Below the pieces are notes generated by a model. It was not told the origin of the DNA, did not search any database, and worked only from the letters and a program-made list of their open reading frames with translations. This document shows positions 38,491 through 48,602 of a stretch of 64,000 nt of DNA, one piece after another. The position numbers and the translations under genes were made by a program. Every line of letters starts with the position of its first letter. The stretch's first letter is position 1. This DNA is from Candidatus Limnocylindria bacterium (lineage in GTDB: Bacteria; Chloroflexota; Limnocylindria; P2-11E), in assembly GCA_036570125.1 (NCBI GenBank), contig DATCPK010000161.1, forward strand, positions 4,224 through 68,223, written 5' to 3'.

Positions 38491-39282
38491 CTACGCCTTC
38501 CCCGCGTACAGCGCATCGCGCACGAAGTCGTAGCCCTTCGACTCGAGCTCGGCCGCGAGCTCGGGGCCACCGGTTCGCACAATGCGTCCGTCGACGAGCA
38601 CGTGGACGAAGTCCGGGTGCACGTAGCGAAGGATCCGCTCGTAGTGCGTGATGAGGAGCATCCCGACCTCGGCCCCGCGCATGGCGTCGATGCCCTCGGC
38701 GACCACTTTGAGCGCGTCGATGTCGAGCCCAGAGTCCGTCTCGTCGAGGATCGCGAAGCGCGGCTGGAACATGTGCATCTGCAGTATCTCGAGGCGCTTC
38801 TTCTCTCCGCCGGAGAACCCGTCGTTCACCGAGCGCGTGATGAACGAGTCGTCGACGCCGAGAAGCTTCATCTTCTCGGCAAGGAGCTTGCGGAACTGCG
38901 GGATGGGCATGTCGTTCTTCTTGACCTCGCCCGTGCCGTCGGCGCTCGGGGCGGCGCGCCGCGCGTTGATGGCGGTGCGCAGGAAGTTCGCGACCGACAC
39001 GCCCGGGATCGCGGACGGGTACTGGAACGCGAGGAAGACGCCGGCGCGGGCGCGCGCGTCGACGGCGAGCTTCAGGAGGTCGATGCCGTCGAGCAGGACC
39101 TGGCCGCGCTCCACCTTGTACTTGGGGTGACCCATGATCGCGAGCGATAGCGTGCTCTTGCCGGAACCGTTCGGTCCCATGATCGCGTGCACCGAACCGC
39201 TCTCGACGACGAGATCGATCCCGTTGAGGATCGTCTTGCCTTCAACGCTCACGACGAGGTCTTTGATCTCGAGGCTAGACAT
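38491..39282 (-). CDS. sufC: SufC ABC-type ATPase.
   Basis: Walker A GPNGSGKST, signature FSGGEKKR, Walker B ILDETDSGLD. Confidence 0.95.
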   Translation of the reverse strand: MSSLEIKDLVVSVEGKTILNGIDLVVESGSVHAIMGPNGSGKSTLSLAIMGHPKYKVERGQVLLDGIDLLKLAVDARARAGVFLAFQYPSAIPGVSVANFLRTAINARRAAPSADGTGEVKKNDMPIPQFRKLLAEKMKLLGVDDSFITRSVNDGFSGGEKKRLEILQMHMFQPRFAILDETDSGLDIDALKVVAEGIDAMRGAEVGMLLITHYERILRYVHPDFVHVLVDGRIVRTGGPELAAELESKGYDFVRDALYAGKA

Positions 39283-39730
39283 TCACACGCTCCCGCGTCG
39301 TGGTCGTCGCGACCTCCGCGAGAGTCATGCCATCAAGTGCCTTCACGATGCTGTCCTGGAGCTTGAGCCACACAGCCCTCGTTCCGCAGCCGGGCTCACG
39401 TACGCAGTTCACGACGGGCTCACCTTCAGCGGTGCAGATCTGCGGCTCGATCGGACCCTCCAGCGCGCGCACGACGTCACCGGCCGTGATGTCACGCGGC
39501 TCGCGCGCGAGAACGTAGCCGCCGCCCGCGCCGCGTTTGCCGTTCACTAGACCGGCCTTGCGGAGAGCGGCGACGAGCTGCTCGAGGTACGCCTCAGGCA
39601 GGTCCTCACGCTGTGCGACGGCGTGCAGGGAGACGGTGCCCTGGCCCCAGTGTCTTGCGAGGTCGACCATGAGACGCATCCCGTATTCGCCGCGGGTGGA
39701 TACGTGGAAGGCGGTGGAATTTCCGAGCAC
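39275..39730 (-). CDS. Rrf2-family transcriptional regulator (IscR/SufR-like) heading the suf operon.
   Basis: N-terminus STRGEYGMRLMVDLA and HTH region. A single Cys near the C-terminus (ICTAEGEPVVNCVREPGCG has three Cys). GTG start. Confidence 0.8.
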   Translation of the reverse strand: MLGNSTAFHVSTRGEYGMRLMVDLARHWGQGTVSLHAVAQREDLPEAYLEQLVAALRKAGLVNGKRGAGGGYVLAREPRDITAGDVVRALEGPIEPQICTAEGEPVVNCVREPGCGTRAVWLKLQDSIVKALDGMTLAEVATTTTRERVNV

Positions 39731-39801
39731 TTCACTCGGAATTGTACGCGTTCGATACCGCTCCGTGAACCCCGTCAATCCGCCTCGATTAGGGTCCCCG
39801 C

Positions 39802-40335
39802 GTGCCCCTTCCCTTCCGCACGGCGGCTGTCGGATCGACCAATCCGGCGAAGGTCGAGGCAGTACGGCGGATCCTCGGAAAACTCGCCCCGGCGTGCGCT
39901 CTGGAGGCTATCGACGTCCCGAGTGGCGTCGGCGCGATGCCGCTTGGCGAGGCGGCGGTGCGGACCGGCGCCCTCGCGCGGGCGCGCGCGGCACTCGAGC
40001 GAACGGGCGCTGATGCCGCGTTCGGCCTCGAGGGCGGCGCGATCCTCGACGGCCCGGACGCGTGGCTCACCGGCTACGTCGTCGCGGTGACGCGCGACGG
40101 AAGGCTCGGCGAGGCCGCGTGGGGACGGATGCTGCTGCCGCGCGTCGCCGCGGAACGACTGCGCGGCGGCGAAGAGCTCGGGGACATCATCGACGATCTC
40201 TTCGCGCGCAAAGAATCCAAGCGTCAGGCGGGCGCGATCGGCATCCTCACGGACGGCGCGATGTCACGGACAGATGCGTTCGCGGACCTCGTCGCGATGG
40301 CCTGCGCGCCGTTCCTTCATCCGGAGCTGTATTAG
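39802..40335 (+). CDS. Inosine/xanthosine triphosphatase-like protein (YjjX/DUF84 family).
   Basis: VGSTNPAKVEAVRRILG and IDVPSGVGAMPLGEA blocks. Confidence 0.65.
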   Translation: MPLPFRTAAVGSTNPAKVEAVRRILGKLAPACALEAIDVPSGVGAMPLGEAAVRTGALARARAALERTGADAAFGLEGGAILDGPDAWLTGYVVAVTRDGRLGEAAWGRMLLPRVAAERLRGGEELGDIIDDLFARKESKRQAGAIGILTDGAMSRTDAFADLVAMACAPFLHPELY

Positions 40336-42173
40336 CCCGGCCCGAACCGCCGCATGCGCACGCCGGCGAGCTCCGGTGGCGGAGGTGCCTCGGCCGGCGG
40401 AACGGCGCTCTCGTCGACGAAGTTCCGCGTGTAGAGACGGTGGTAGAGGCCACCGCGAGTAAGAAGCTCCGCGTGCGTGCCCTCCTCGACGATGCGGCCT
40501 CTGTCGAGCACGAGGATCCGGTCCGCGCGCTCGACCGTCGAGAGGCGATGCGCGATGACGATCGTGGTGCGGCCGCGCATGAGCCGGTCCAGCGCCTGCT
40601 GCACCAGGAACTCGCTCTCGTTGTCGAGCGAGCTCGTGGCCTCGTCGAGCAACAGGATCCGCGCGTTGCGGAGGATCGCGCGCGCGATCGCGATCCGCTG
40701 CCGCTGTCCGACCGAAAGCCTGACGCCGCGCTCGCCGACGATCGTCTCCATGCCCTTCGGCATTCGCGAGATGAACTCCGTCGCGTTCGCGGCCTTCGCG
40801 GCGTCATCGATCTCCGCCTGTGTGGCATCGAGCCGGCCGTAGCGGATGTTCTCGCGGATCGTGTCGCCGAAGAGGATCGGCTCCTGCGGCACGACCGCGA
40901 TCTGCTCGCGTAGCGATCGAATGGTGACCTCGCGAATATCCCGCCCGTCGACGCACACCCGGCCGGCGACCGGGTCGTAGAACCGACCGACGAGGTTCAC
41001 GAGCGTCGTCTTCCCCGCCCCTGACGGTCCCACGAGCGCGGTCGTCTTCCCCTCCGCGAACGAGGTGGAGAGCGACTCGAAGATCAAGGGACCCTCACCG
41101 TACTTGAAGGAGACGTGGTCGAACTCGATCTCGCCGCGGACCGGGCCGATCGGCACCGCGCCGGGCAGGTCGCGAATGTCGGCTTCGGTGTCGAGGAGCG
41201 CGAAGATCCGATCCGCCGCGCCGAACGCCTGCTGGATGCCGGTCCACTGGCTGGCGAGACCGCCCACCGGCCCCGCGACCATCCCCATATAGAGGAGGAA
41301 GGCGACGAGCTCTCCCTGGGTGAGCTCCCCGGTGGCGACCTGATGGCCGCCGTACCAGAGCACCACGATCGACGACGCAAAGCCGAGGAAGCCGATGGCC
41401 GGGAACATGATCGCGCCGATGCGCGAGCGGTCGATGCTCTTCGAGAACATCACGAGAAGCTTCTCGTGGAACCGCTTGGCCTCGTAGTCCTCGCGCGTGA
41501 ACGCTTGCACGACCCGGACCTCCGCGAGAGCCTCCTGCAAAACCCCGACGGCCTCGCCCTGCGCATCCTGAGCGGCGCGGGAGATGTCCCGGATCTTTCG
41601 GCCGAGGTACTGACCGATGATGCCGATCGGCGGAGCGACGACGAGCGTGAGCAGCGCGAGCTTCCAGTTCATGAGGAGGATGATCGTGACACCGCCGACG
41701 AGCGTGAGGACCTGACCGAGGACCTGGATGATCGTTTGCGTCACGACGCCATGCACGAGGGTCGCGTCGCTGGTGACGTGCGACATGAGGTCGCCTGTCT
41801 TGCGTACGTTGAAGAACGACAGGGACATCGACTGGAGGTGGTTCACGATCGCCATGCGGAGATCGAAGATGACCTTCTCGCCGGTCCACGCCATCACGAA
41901 CTGACGGACCCCATCGACGACCGCTCGCACCAGCAACACCGCGACGAGAACGACCACGAGCTGGTCGAGCAACCCTGGCTCCTTGAAGCCGAGGTCGAGC
42001 ACCAGCTGCACGATCTTCGGCCATACCAGGCCGAGCGAGGTGGAGACGATGAGGAGCGCCGCCGCGATCGCGAGGTTCCAGCGATACGGGCCGACGAACC
42101 GCAGGAGCCTGCGGTACATCGCGATCGAGGGTCGTTTCTTGGCCGCGTCGCCGCGCGAACCCCACATGAACAT
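40332..42173 (-). CDS. ABC exporter, fused permease-ATPase (MsbA-like).
   Basis: 6 TM plus NBD: Walker A GPSGAGKTT, LSVGQRQR, Walker B LLLDEATSSLD. Confidence 0.9.
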   Translation of the reverse strand: MFMWGSRGDAAKKRPSIAMYRRLLRFVGPYRWNLAIAAALLIVSTSLGLVWPKIVQLVLDLGFKEPGLLDQLVVVLVAVLLVRAVVDGVRQFVMAWTGEKVIFDLRMAIVNHLQSMSLSFFNVRKTGDLMSHVTSDATLVHGVVTQTIIQVLGQVLTLVGGVTIILLMNWKLALLTLVVAPPIGIIGQYLGRKIRDISRAAQDAQGEAVGVLQEALAEVRVVQAFTREDYEAKRFHEKLLVMFSKSIDRSRIGAIMFPAIGFLGFASSIVVLWYGGHQVATGELTQGELVAFLLYMGMVAGPVGGLASQWTGIQQAFGAADRIFALLDTEADIRDLPGAVPIGPVRGEIEFDHVSFKYGEGPLIFESLSTSFAEGKTTALVGPSGAGKTTLVNLVGRFYDPVAGRVCVDGRDIREVTIRSLREQIAVVPQEPILFGDTIRENIRYGRLDATQAEIDDAAKAANATEFISRMPKGMETIVGERGVRLSVGQRQRIAIARAILRNARILLLDEATSSLDNESEFLVQQALDRLMRGRTTIVIAHRLSTVERADRILVLDRGRIVEEGTHAELLTRGGLYHRLYTRNFVDESAVPPAEAPPPPELAGVRMRRFGPG

Positions 42174-42227
42174 GTGCACGCCGCCGCCGCCCGGAATCAT
42201 CACTTCCTTACACGTTAGCCGACGCTG

Positions 42228-43727
42228 TCAGGGCCGCAGCCACACCGTGCCGAAATACTCGATACCGGTGTACCCGACCAGGCGCGCTGTCACGGCGTTT
42301 GGCCGGTCGGCGAACAGGAGCGGCACGCGGAGGGCGTCGGTCCGCGCGATCTTCGACACCTGCTTGTAGAGCTCGGCGCGCTTGCTCGGATCCGCCTCGG
42401 CGCGGGCCTTCTTGACCAGACCGACGATCAGCGACGCGCCGGACGGATCATTGAGGCCGTACAGCGGCCAGAACACATCGTCGGGGTCGAGCCCGATCGG
42501 GGTGGTGTCGAGCGTGAACGTCGCCTTCGCATCGGCGAGTGCCGTCGGGTCGACCGCGCGGAGTCGAGCGACGATGCCGATCTTGCTGAGGTCCGCGGCG
42601 ATCGACTGAGCGATCCGCTGCGGGTCCGGGTATGCGGCCGTGGGGGTATTCGGGTAGGCGAGGTCGGCGGCGATCGGCGTGGTGACGTGAGCGTCGGCGA
42701 GCGCCTTGCGCGCGGCGTCCGTGTCGAGCGGCGCGAACTCGACCACGCTCTCGTCGTAACCGAGAACGCCAGGCGGTACGACCTGGGTCGCCGGCCGCGA
42801 GGTGCCGGCGTAGACCGCGGATAGAGCGTTCCGGTTAACGGCCATGGCCACCGCGCGCCGGACCTCGGGACGATCGAACGGCGCCGTGATGGCGTCGATC
42901 CCGAGCGAAGCGAGCGCGGCATCCTTTCGTGGACTGACGACGAGGCTCGGGTCGCTGCGCGCGCTCGAGGCTTGCGCGACGGGAAGATCAAGCGCCGCGT
43001 CGACGCGGCCGGCCCGCAGCTCCGCGAGCCGCGAGGTCGGGTCGCGCACCGGCCGCAGGACGAGCCCGTCGAGATACGGAAGCTGCTTACCCGCGGCATC
43101 GCGGCGCCAGTAGAACTCGTTGCGCCCGAGCGTGAGGGTCCCATCCGGTGCGAGCGCGCCCGCCGACGCCGTGAAGGGACCTGTGCCGGCCCCGTTTGCG
43201 CGTGCGATCGCGGTCTGCGGCGCGGCGAGGTGCGCGAGGAACGGACCGAACGGAGTGCGGAGGTCGAAGCGGACCGTCCTCGGGTCGACCGCGACCACGT
43301 TCACGATCGCCGGCGGGTTGTCGAAGAGCGCCCGGTATGCGGCTCCGCGACCCGTCCGGCCGCGCTCGAAGCTCGCGACGACTGACGCCGCGTCGAAGGC
43401 GACGCTGTCGTGGAAGAGAACGCCCTCGCGAAGCGTGAACGTCCACGACGCGCCGTCGTTGGTCATCTGCCACGAGGAGGCGAGGCCCGGCGTGATCCGC
43501 GACGTCGCTGGATCGATCTCGACGAGCGTCTCGAAGATCTGCCGCGTCGCCATGAGCGACGCTGGGTCCGCGTTCCAGGGGTCGAACGCCGTGACCTCGG
43601 CCGGCAATGCGACGCGAAGGGTTCCGCCCTGCTGCGCCCCGGTCGGCGCCGGCGTGGCGCTCGCGGGAGGCACCTGGCAGGCGACACCGAACAGGAACGC
43701 GAGCGCCAGAACGGACGCGCGACGCAT
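42228..43727 (-). CDS. ABC transporter substrate-binding protein, family 5 (peptide/nickel).
   Basis: SBP_bac_5 architecture. Signal peptide MRRASVLALAFLFGVACQ. Confidence 0.8.
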   Translation of the reverse strand: MRRASVLALAFLFGVACQVPPASATPAPTGAQQGGTLRVALPAEVTAFDPWNADPASLMATRQIFETLVEIDPATSRITPGLASSWQMTNDGASWTFTLREGVLFHDSVAFDAASVVASFERGRTGRGAAYRALFDNPPAIVNVVAVDPRTVRFDLRTPFGPFLAHLAAPQTAIARANGAGTGPFTASAGALAPDGTLTLGRNEFYWRRDAAGKQLPYLDGLVLRPVRDPTSRLAELRAGRVDAALDLPVAQASSARSDPSLVVSPRKDAALASLGIDAITAPFDRPEVRRAVAMAVNRNALSAVYAGTSRPATQVVPPGVLGYDESVVEFAPLDTDAARKALADAHVTTPIAADLAYPNTPTAAYPDPQRIAQSIAADLSKIGIVARLRAVDPTALADAKATFTLDTTPIGLDPDDVFWPLYGLNDPSGASLIVGLVKKARAEADPSKRAELYKQVSKIARTDALRVPLLFADRPNAVTARLVGYTGIEYFGTVWLRP

Positions 43728-43732
43728 GACGC

Positions 43733-44659
43733 CTAGTGCGTCTTGAGGCGGGGGTCGAGCGCGTCGCGCAGGCCGTCGCCGATGAGGTACAGGCAGAGCA
43801 CGGTAAGGAAGATCATCGCGCCCGGCGAGACGACCAGCCACCAGGCCCGAACGAAGTAGGACACGGCGTTCGTCAGCAGGTTTCCCCACGTCGGCGTCGG
43901 CGGGAGGATGCCGAGCCCGAGAAAGCTGAGGGCCGACTCGAGAAGGATGATCGCGCCAACGTCGATCGCCGCGAGGACGAAGATCAGCGGAAGCACGTTC
44001 GGAAGGATGTGCTTGAACATGATCCGGCGATCGCGCGCCCCGATGGTCCGCGCCGCCGTCACGAACTCCCGCTCGCGGAGCGCGAACGTCTGACCGCGCA
44101 CGTAGAGGGAGATGCCGGTCCAGTTCAGGAGACCGATGATCACAATGAGCGAGAGCGGGCCGGGAGTCCAGAGCGCGGCGATGATGAGAAGCAGGTAGAG
44201 CTGCGGGATGCCGTTCAGCGTCGTGATGATCCACGTGATTGCATCGTCGAGCGGGCCGCGGAAGTAGCCCGCAGCGAGGCCGAGCGAAACGCCGACCGTG
44301 AGATTGACGAAGGCTGCGACGAAACCGACGAGGAGCGAGATCTGGCCTCCGTACAAGAGGCGCACCACCTGACTACGGCCGATCTCATCCGAGCCGAGAA
44401 GGTAGGCCGGGTTCGCGAACGTCGGCTTCTCGTAGGTGTGAAGTAGGTCCTGCTGCTCGAACTTGTAATGGAAGAGGTATTCGGAAAAAAGCGGTGCAGC
44501 GAGCGAGAGAAGAGCGAGGACGACGAGAATGCAGGACGCCGCGATCGTGAGCTTGTCCTGACGGAGCTTCCACAGAGCGTTGTCCCACAGGCTCCGCGAC
44601 GGCCGAGCGAGGGCCGGAACTCCCGGTACGATCCGTGCGGTGGCGGCTGTGGTCGCCAT
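43733..44659 (-). CDS. Peptide ABC transporter permease (DppC/OppC-like).
   Basis: EAA-loop region ALSFLGLG in a BPD_transp_1 fold. Confidence 0.9.
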   Translation of the reverse strand: MATTAATARIVPGVPALARPSRSLWDNALWKLRQDKLTIAASCILVVLALLSLAAPLFSEYLFHYKFEQQDLLHTYEKPTFANPAYLLGSDEIGRSQVVRLLYGGQISLLVGFVAAFVNLTVGVSLGLAAGYFRGPLDDAITWIITTLNGIPQLYLLLIIAALWTPGPLSLIVIIGLLNWTGISLYVRGQTFALREREFVTAARTIGARDRRIMFKHILPNVLPLIFVLAAIDVGAIILLESALSFLGLGILPPTPTWGNLLTNAVSYFVRAWWLVVSPGAMIFLTVLCLYLIGDGLRDALDPRLKTH

Positions 44660-45618
44660 CAGCCGGCCTTGATCCGCGGGTCGACGATCGCGTAGGTCAG
44701 GTCGCGGAGCAGGTAGCTGATCACGAGAAGCGTGCTCGTGAACATCACGCCGGCCTGCACGATCGGGTAGTCCTTCGCGATAGCGGCCTGAAAGGTGAAC
44801 TGACCGACACCCGGCCAGCTGAAGACCTGCTCGATGACCAGCGCGCCGCCGACGAGCCCGGCGAGGATCCCGCCGAGCGTGGTGACGACCGGGATGAGTG
44901 CGTTGCGTAGCGCGTGCGTGAAGACGACCGTGCGGTCCTTGAGCCCTTTCGCGTGTGCGGTTCGAACGAAGTCCTGTGAGAGGACGTCAAGCGTCTCTGT
45001 CCGCAGGATGCGCGAGTAGTTGGCGATCCCCGTGAGGGCAAGGACGAACGAGGGAAGGATCAAGTGCTTGAAGCGGTCGAGGATGTCCAGTTGATCGTGT
45101 CCGACGGTCAGCACTCCGATGCTCGGCAGCCACCGAAGCTGCACGGCGAACACGATGATCAGGATGAGGCCGAGCCAGAAGGCGGGCACAGCGTGCCCGA
45201 CGACGCCGAAGACGCGGATCGCGCCGTCGACCCAGGTTCCACGCTTGAAGGCGGCGAGCACCCCAAGGGGGACGCCGATGACGAGCTGGAGCAACAGCGC
45301 CGCACCGGCGAGCACGAGGGTGTTCGGAACCCGCTCCAGCAGCATGGTGAACGACTCCCGGTGATAGATGAGCGACTCGCCGAAATTTCCATGAAGGGCG
45401 CCCCAGATCCAGTTGAGGTACTGGACCGGCATCGGCTGGTCGAGGCCGTAGACGTGGAGCAGACGCTCGTAATCGGCCTGCGTGAAGTCTCTGATCCCGA
45501 AAGTGAAGAGCCGGATCGGATCGCCTGGTGCGAGGCGCGCTATCGCGAACGTGATTATCGAGATGCCGATGAGGGTGGGGATCGCATATAGGAGCCGTCG
45601 GATGATGAAGTCGCGCAA
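44659..45618 (-). CDS. Peptide ABC transporter permease (DppB/OppB-like).
   Basis: N-terminus MRDFIIRRLLYAIPTLIGISIITF. 6 TM. Confidence 0.9.
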   Translation of the reverse strand: MRDFIIRRLLYAIPTLIGISIITFAIARLAPGDPIRLFTFGIRDFTQADYERLLHVYGLDQPMPVQYLNWIWGALHGNFGESLIYHRESFTMLLERVPNTLVLAGAALLLQLVIGVPLGVLAAFKRGTWVDGAIRVFGVVGHAVPAFWLGLILIIVFAVQLRWLPSIGVLTVGHDQLDILDRFKHLILPSFVLALTGIANYSRILRTETLDVLSQDFVRTAHAKGLKDRTVVFTHALRNALIPVVTTLGGILAGLVGGALVIEQVFSWPGVGQFTFQAAIAKDYPIVQAGVMFTSTLLVISYLLRDLTYAIVDPRIKAG

Positions 45619-45674
45619 CGCTCCTCCATCGGAAGAGGGGAGCGCCCCAAGGCGCTCCCCTCGACCTCAGACCG

Positions 45675-47411
45675 TTATTGCTTGATCCACCACTCGTGAA
45701 TGTTGTAGACGGTCGCGAACGGTGCGGGGGCGAAGCCCTGCAGCGACGACTGCGATGCCGCGAGCACGTTCGGGACATAGCCGAAGTTGTAGGGCTGGTT
45801 GTCGTTCAGGATCTTGTTGAACGTCTCGTAGTTCTTCTTGCGCGTCGCGATGGAGCAGTCGCCGTTGGTTGGGTTACGCGCCGCCTCGATCGCGGAGTCC
45901 ATCGCGGGGTCCTTGAAGAACGTGAAGCCGAATCCGGTGGTGCCTTTTGCGCGATCGGGGATCTGGCTGGAGTGCCAGATCTGATACGGGTCGGGCTCGG
46001 TGCCGAGCGACCAGCCGATGATCGTCGCGTCGAGGACCGGGTCGCCGGTCGTGAGCTTGGTGACGAGTCCCTGGAACGCTTCCGGCGCGGCCGTCGCCTG
46101 GATCCCGAGCTGCTTGTATTGCTCGGCGGCGACCTGCGCAACGGTGACGCGCTCCTGGCTGTCGCTGTGGGTCGAGATCGTAAGCGTGAACTTCTTGCCG
46201 TCCTTCTGGAGGATCCCGTCAGCGCCCGCGGTCCAACCGGCGGCGGCGAGGAGCGACTTCGCCTTTGCCTGGTCGAACTTGTAAGGCTCGAGCGTCACGT
46301 CGGGATATGCCCACTGGACGGGAACGTGGTGCGCCACGTGAGCCGTCGCCTCACCGAAGACGACCGCTTTGATGATCGCGTCCATGTCGAGTCCGTACGC
46401 GAGCGCCTGACGTACTCGCTTGTCGGCGAGGCCGGGCGCCTGCGGGCTGGTCGTATTCCAGCCGATGAACGTGTAGCCGAGGCTCGGGTACTTCGTGATC
46501 TTGACGGTGTTGACCGTCTGCATGTCCGCGAGATCCTTCGCCTGGATCACACCGAATGTGATCTCGCCGGTCTTGAGACCGTTCGCGATCGCGGTCGCGT
46601 TAGCGACGATCTTGAAGATGTACTGGTCCACGTTGGGAGCGCCCTGCCAGTAGTCGGCGTTCTTGGTGAGGATGATCTGGTCACCCTTACGCCACTCGCT
46701 GAACTTGAACGGCCCGCTGAAAACGGTCGGGTTCAGGTTCTCCGGCGCCGTGTCGATCTCGTCCTTCGACGCGTCGGTCACGTACTTGCCGAAGACCTGG
46801 GTCGGGAGAACGTAGCCGGTCAGGTCGATGATCGCGGCGCAGCTGACCTTGGTCATGGAAAGGCTGAACTTCTTGGGGTTCGCGGAATCGATCTTGACGC
46901 CGGAGATCGACTTCGCCGTACCCTTGCAGCCGGACGTCGCCGAGCCGGTGCAGTAGTCGAGGAATCCCTGGACATCCTGGAAGAGCGACTTGCGCACCGT
47001 CTTCTGCGACTTGCCGACGGCCATCATCCCGGTCAGATAGTCCTGCGCGATGACGGGCTTGCCGTCCGACCAATTGGCCTTCGCGTTGATCTCGTAGGAG
47101 TACGTGAGGCCGTCCTGCGAGATGCTGAACGTCGCCAGGCGCGATTTCGGTTCACCGGTCTTTGGGTCGGCCTGGATGAGGTCGTCGTAGATGAGCTGGG
47201 TGATACGGCGTGAGGCCGTGTCGGCCACAAGGATCGGGTTCATCGTCGCGATGTCGGTGGTGCTGCCCTCGATGATCTTTCCGCCTTGCTGTGGCTTCTC
47301 GGACGCTGCCGGCGTCTGACTTGCCGACTGACCGCCCGGAGATGTGCAGGCGGTCGCGACGAGCACGACGCCGGCGAAGCCTGCGATGAGCGCTCGGAAA
47401 CGTTTCGTCAT
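45675..47411 (-). CDS. ABC transporter substrate-binding lipoprotein, family 5.
   Basis: Signal peptide MTKRFRALIAGFAGVVLVATACTS. AAGGAG upstream of the ATG. Confidence 0.85.
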   Translation of the reverse strand: MTKRFRALIAGFAGVVLVATACTSPGGQSASQTPAASEKPQQGGKIIEGSTTDIATMNPILVADTASRRITQLIYDDLIQADPKTGEPKSRLATFSISQDGLTYSYEINAKANWSDGKPVIAQDYLTGMMAVGKSQKTVRKSLFQDVQGFLDYCTGSATSGCKGTAKSISGVKIDSANPKKFSLSMTKVSCAAIIDLTGYVLPTQVFGKYVTDASKDEIDTAPENLNPTVFSGPFKFSEWRKGDQIILTKNADYWQGAPNVDQYIFKIVANATAIANGLKTGEITFGVIQAKDLADMQTVNTVKITKYPSLGYTFIGWNTTSPQAPGLADKRVRQALAYGLDMDAIIKAVVFGEATAHVAHHVPVQWAYPDVTLEPYKFDQAKAKSLLAAAGWTAGADGILQKDGKKFTLTISTHSDSQERVTVAQVAAEQYKQLGIQATAAPEAFQGLVTKLTTGDPVLDATIIGWSLGTEPDPYQIWHSSQIPDRAKGTTGFGFTFFKDPAMDSAIEAARNPTNGDCSIATRKKNYETFNKILNDNQPYNFGYVPNVLAASQSSLQGFAPAPFATVYNIHEWWIKQ

Positions 47412-47570
47412 GCCCCTCTGTGGCTCCTTTCCCAATGCGAGAACTTCGCGAGTCTAGGCATAGTCCGACCGCCAGGCTGGCGGACGTCCGTCGCCTCCTA
47501 TACCGGCCTACGGTCGAAGCCGTTCGGCCGATCAGAGCAGGCCGCTGCGGCGCGCATACTCGCCGACCGG

Positions 47571-48602
47571 ATGCGTGTGCCTGCCGCCGCAGCACTCACG
47601 GCGCTCCTGGTGATCGGCGGCTGCTCGCCGCAGACCGCCTCAGGCCCGGTCACTTTGCCTCACGAGCACGGCGTCGAAGCAACACTCTCGTGCCCGGACG
47701 CGACGCCTCCCCTCGGAGCGCTCCCGCCAGCCGTTCCGGCTTGGTGCATCGAGCTGACGGCGGGTGTGGATAGCGCGGTTCGAGGGGTGAACAACTGGAG
47801 TGATGAATTCAGGAGCGGCGCGGTGAACGCCCGCATCTCGAACTCCTACCGCGTGTTCGAGCTCGGCCGGAGTCGCACGTCGTCCGTCTTTGAGACCGAG
47901 CACTTCGCGCACAACGGCCACTGGATGGTCGATGTCGCGGGCCACGGCGCGCCGCTCGGCATCTATCCCGATTCCGTCGACGATTTCGCGATCGGCCCGA
48001 ACAATGGCGGCGCGCTCATGCGTCCGGATGCTGCATTCCATTTCGTCGAGGGGCGCCTGGTCGTCGAGGTCGATGTCGCCGCGGGGATGGATTCCTACGG
48101 CGACCATGCGTGGCCGGAGATCGTGATCACGACCGCGGACGCGCCCACGCCCTATGAGACCAACGGGTGGTACGCCGCGGGGATCTTCGGCGGCTACCCG
48201 GTCGTCGCGTGCGGACTACCGGCGGATCGACTCTCCGAGTGCCGGATCTACGACCGCGACACGATCACTGCGCATCTGAACGCCGCCTCGTCCGCAGGCG
48301 CCGCGTTCGTCGAGGGCGGCGCGCCGACGACGCCCGCGCGCGATGCGGCGTGGCGTACGTGCACCGCGGCTCAGGCCGACGAGCTCTGCCGCGATCGGTT
48401 CCGACTCGTCCTCGAACAGGACGCGGTCACCCTCTCCGTGAACGGCGTGCCCTACATGGAGCACCGCGGGTTACCGCAGGCGGCCCGCCTACCGGACGAG
48501 CTTCTGCGCTCGAGCGTGTACGTGTACTTCGCGAGCTGGACCTACCTCGGCGAGCCGGCCGTGGTCCGGTTCCACTGGGGCCGTATCGCGATCAATCCCT
48601 GA
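47571..48602 (+). CDS. Secreted lipoprotein of unknown function, inserted on the opposite strand between the two peptide ABC systems.
   Basis: Signal peptide MRVPAAAALTALLVIGGCSP. No recognised domain; several conserved Cys and Trp residues. Confidence 0.45.
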   Translation: MRVPAAAALTALLVIGGCSPQTASGPVTLPHEHGVEATLSCPDATPPLGALPPAVPAWCIELTAGVDSAVRGVNNWSDEFRSGAVNARISNSYRVFELGRSRTSSVFETEHFAHNGHWMVDVAGHGAPLGIYPDSVDDFAIGPNNGGALMRPDAAFHFVEGRLVVEVDVAAGMDSYGDHAWPEIVITTADAPTPYETNGWYAAGIFGGYPVVACGLPADRLSECRIYDRDTITAHLNAASSAGAAFVEGGAPTTPARDAAWRTCTAAQADELCRDRFRLVLEQDAVTLSVNGVPYMEHRGLPQAARLPDELLRSSVYVYFASWTYLGEPAVVRFHWGRIAINP

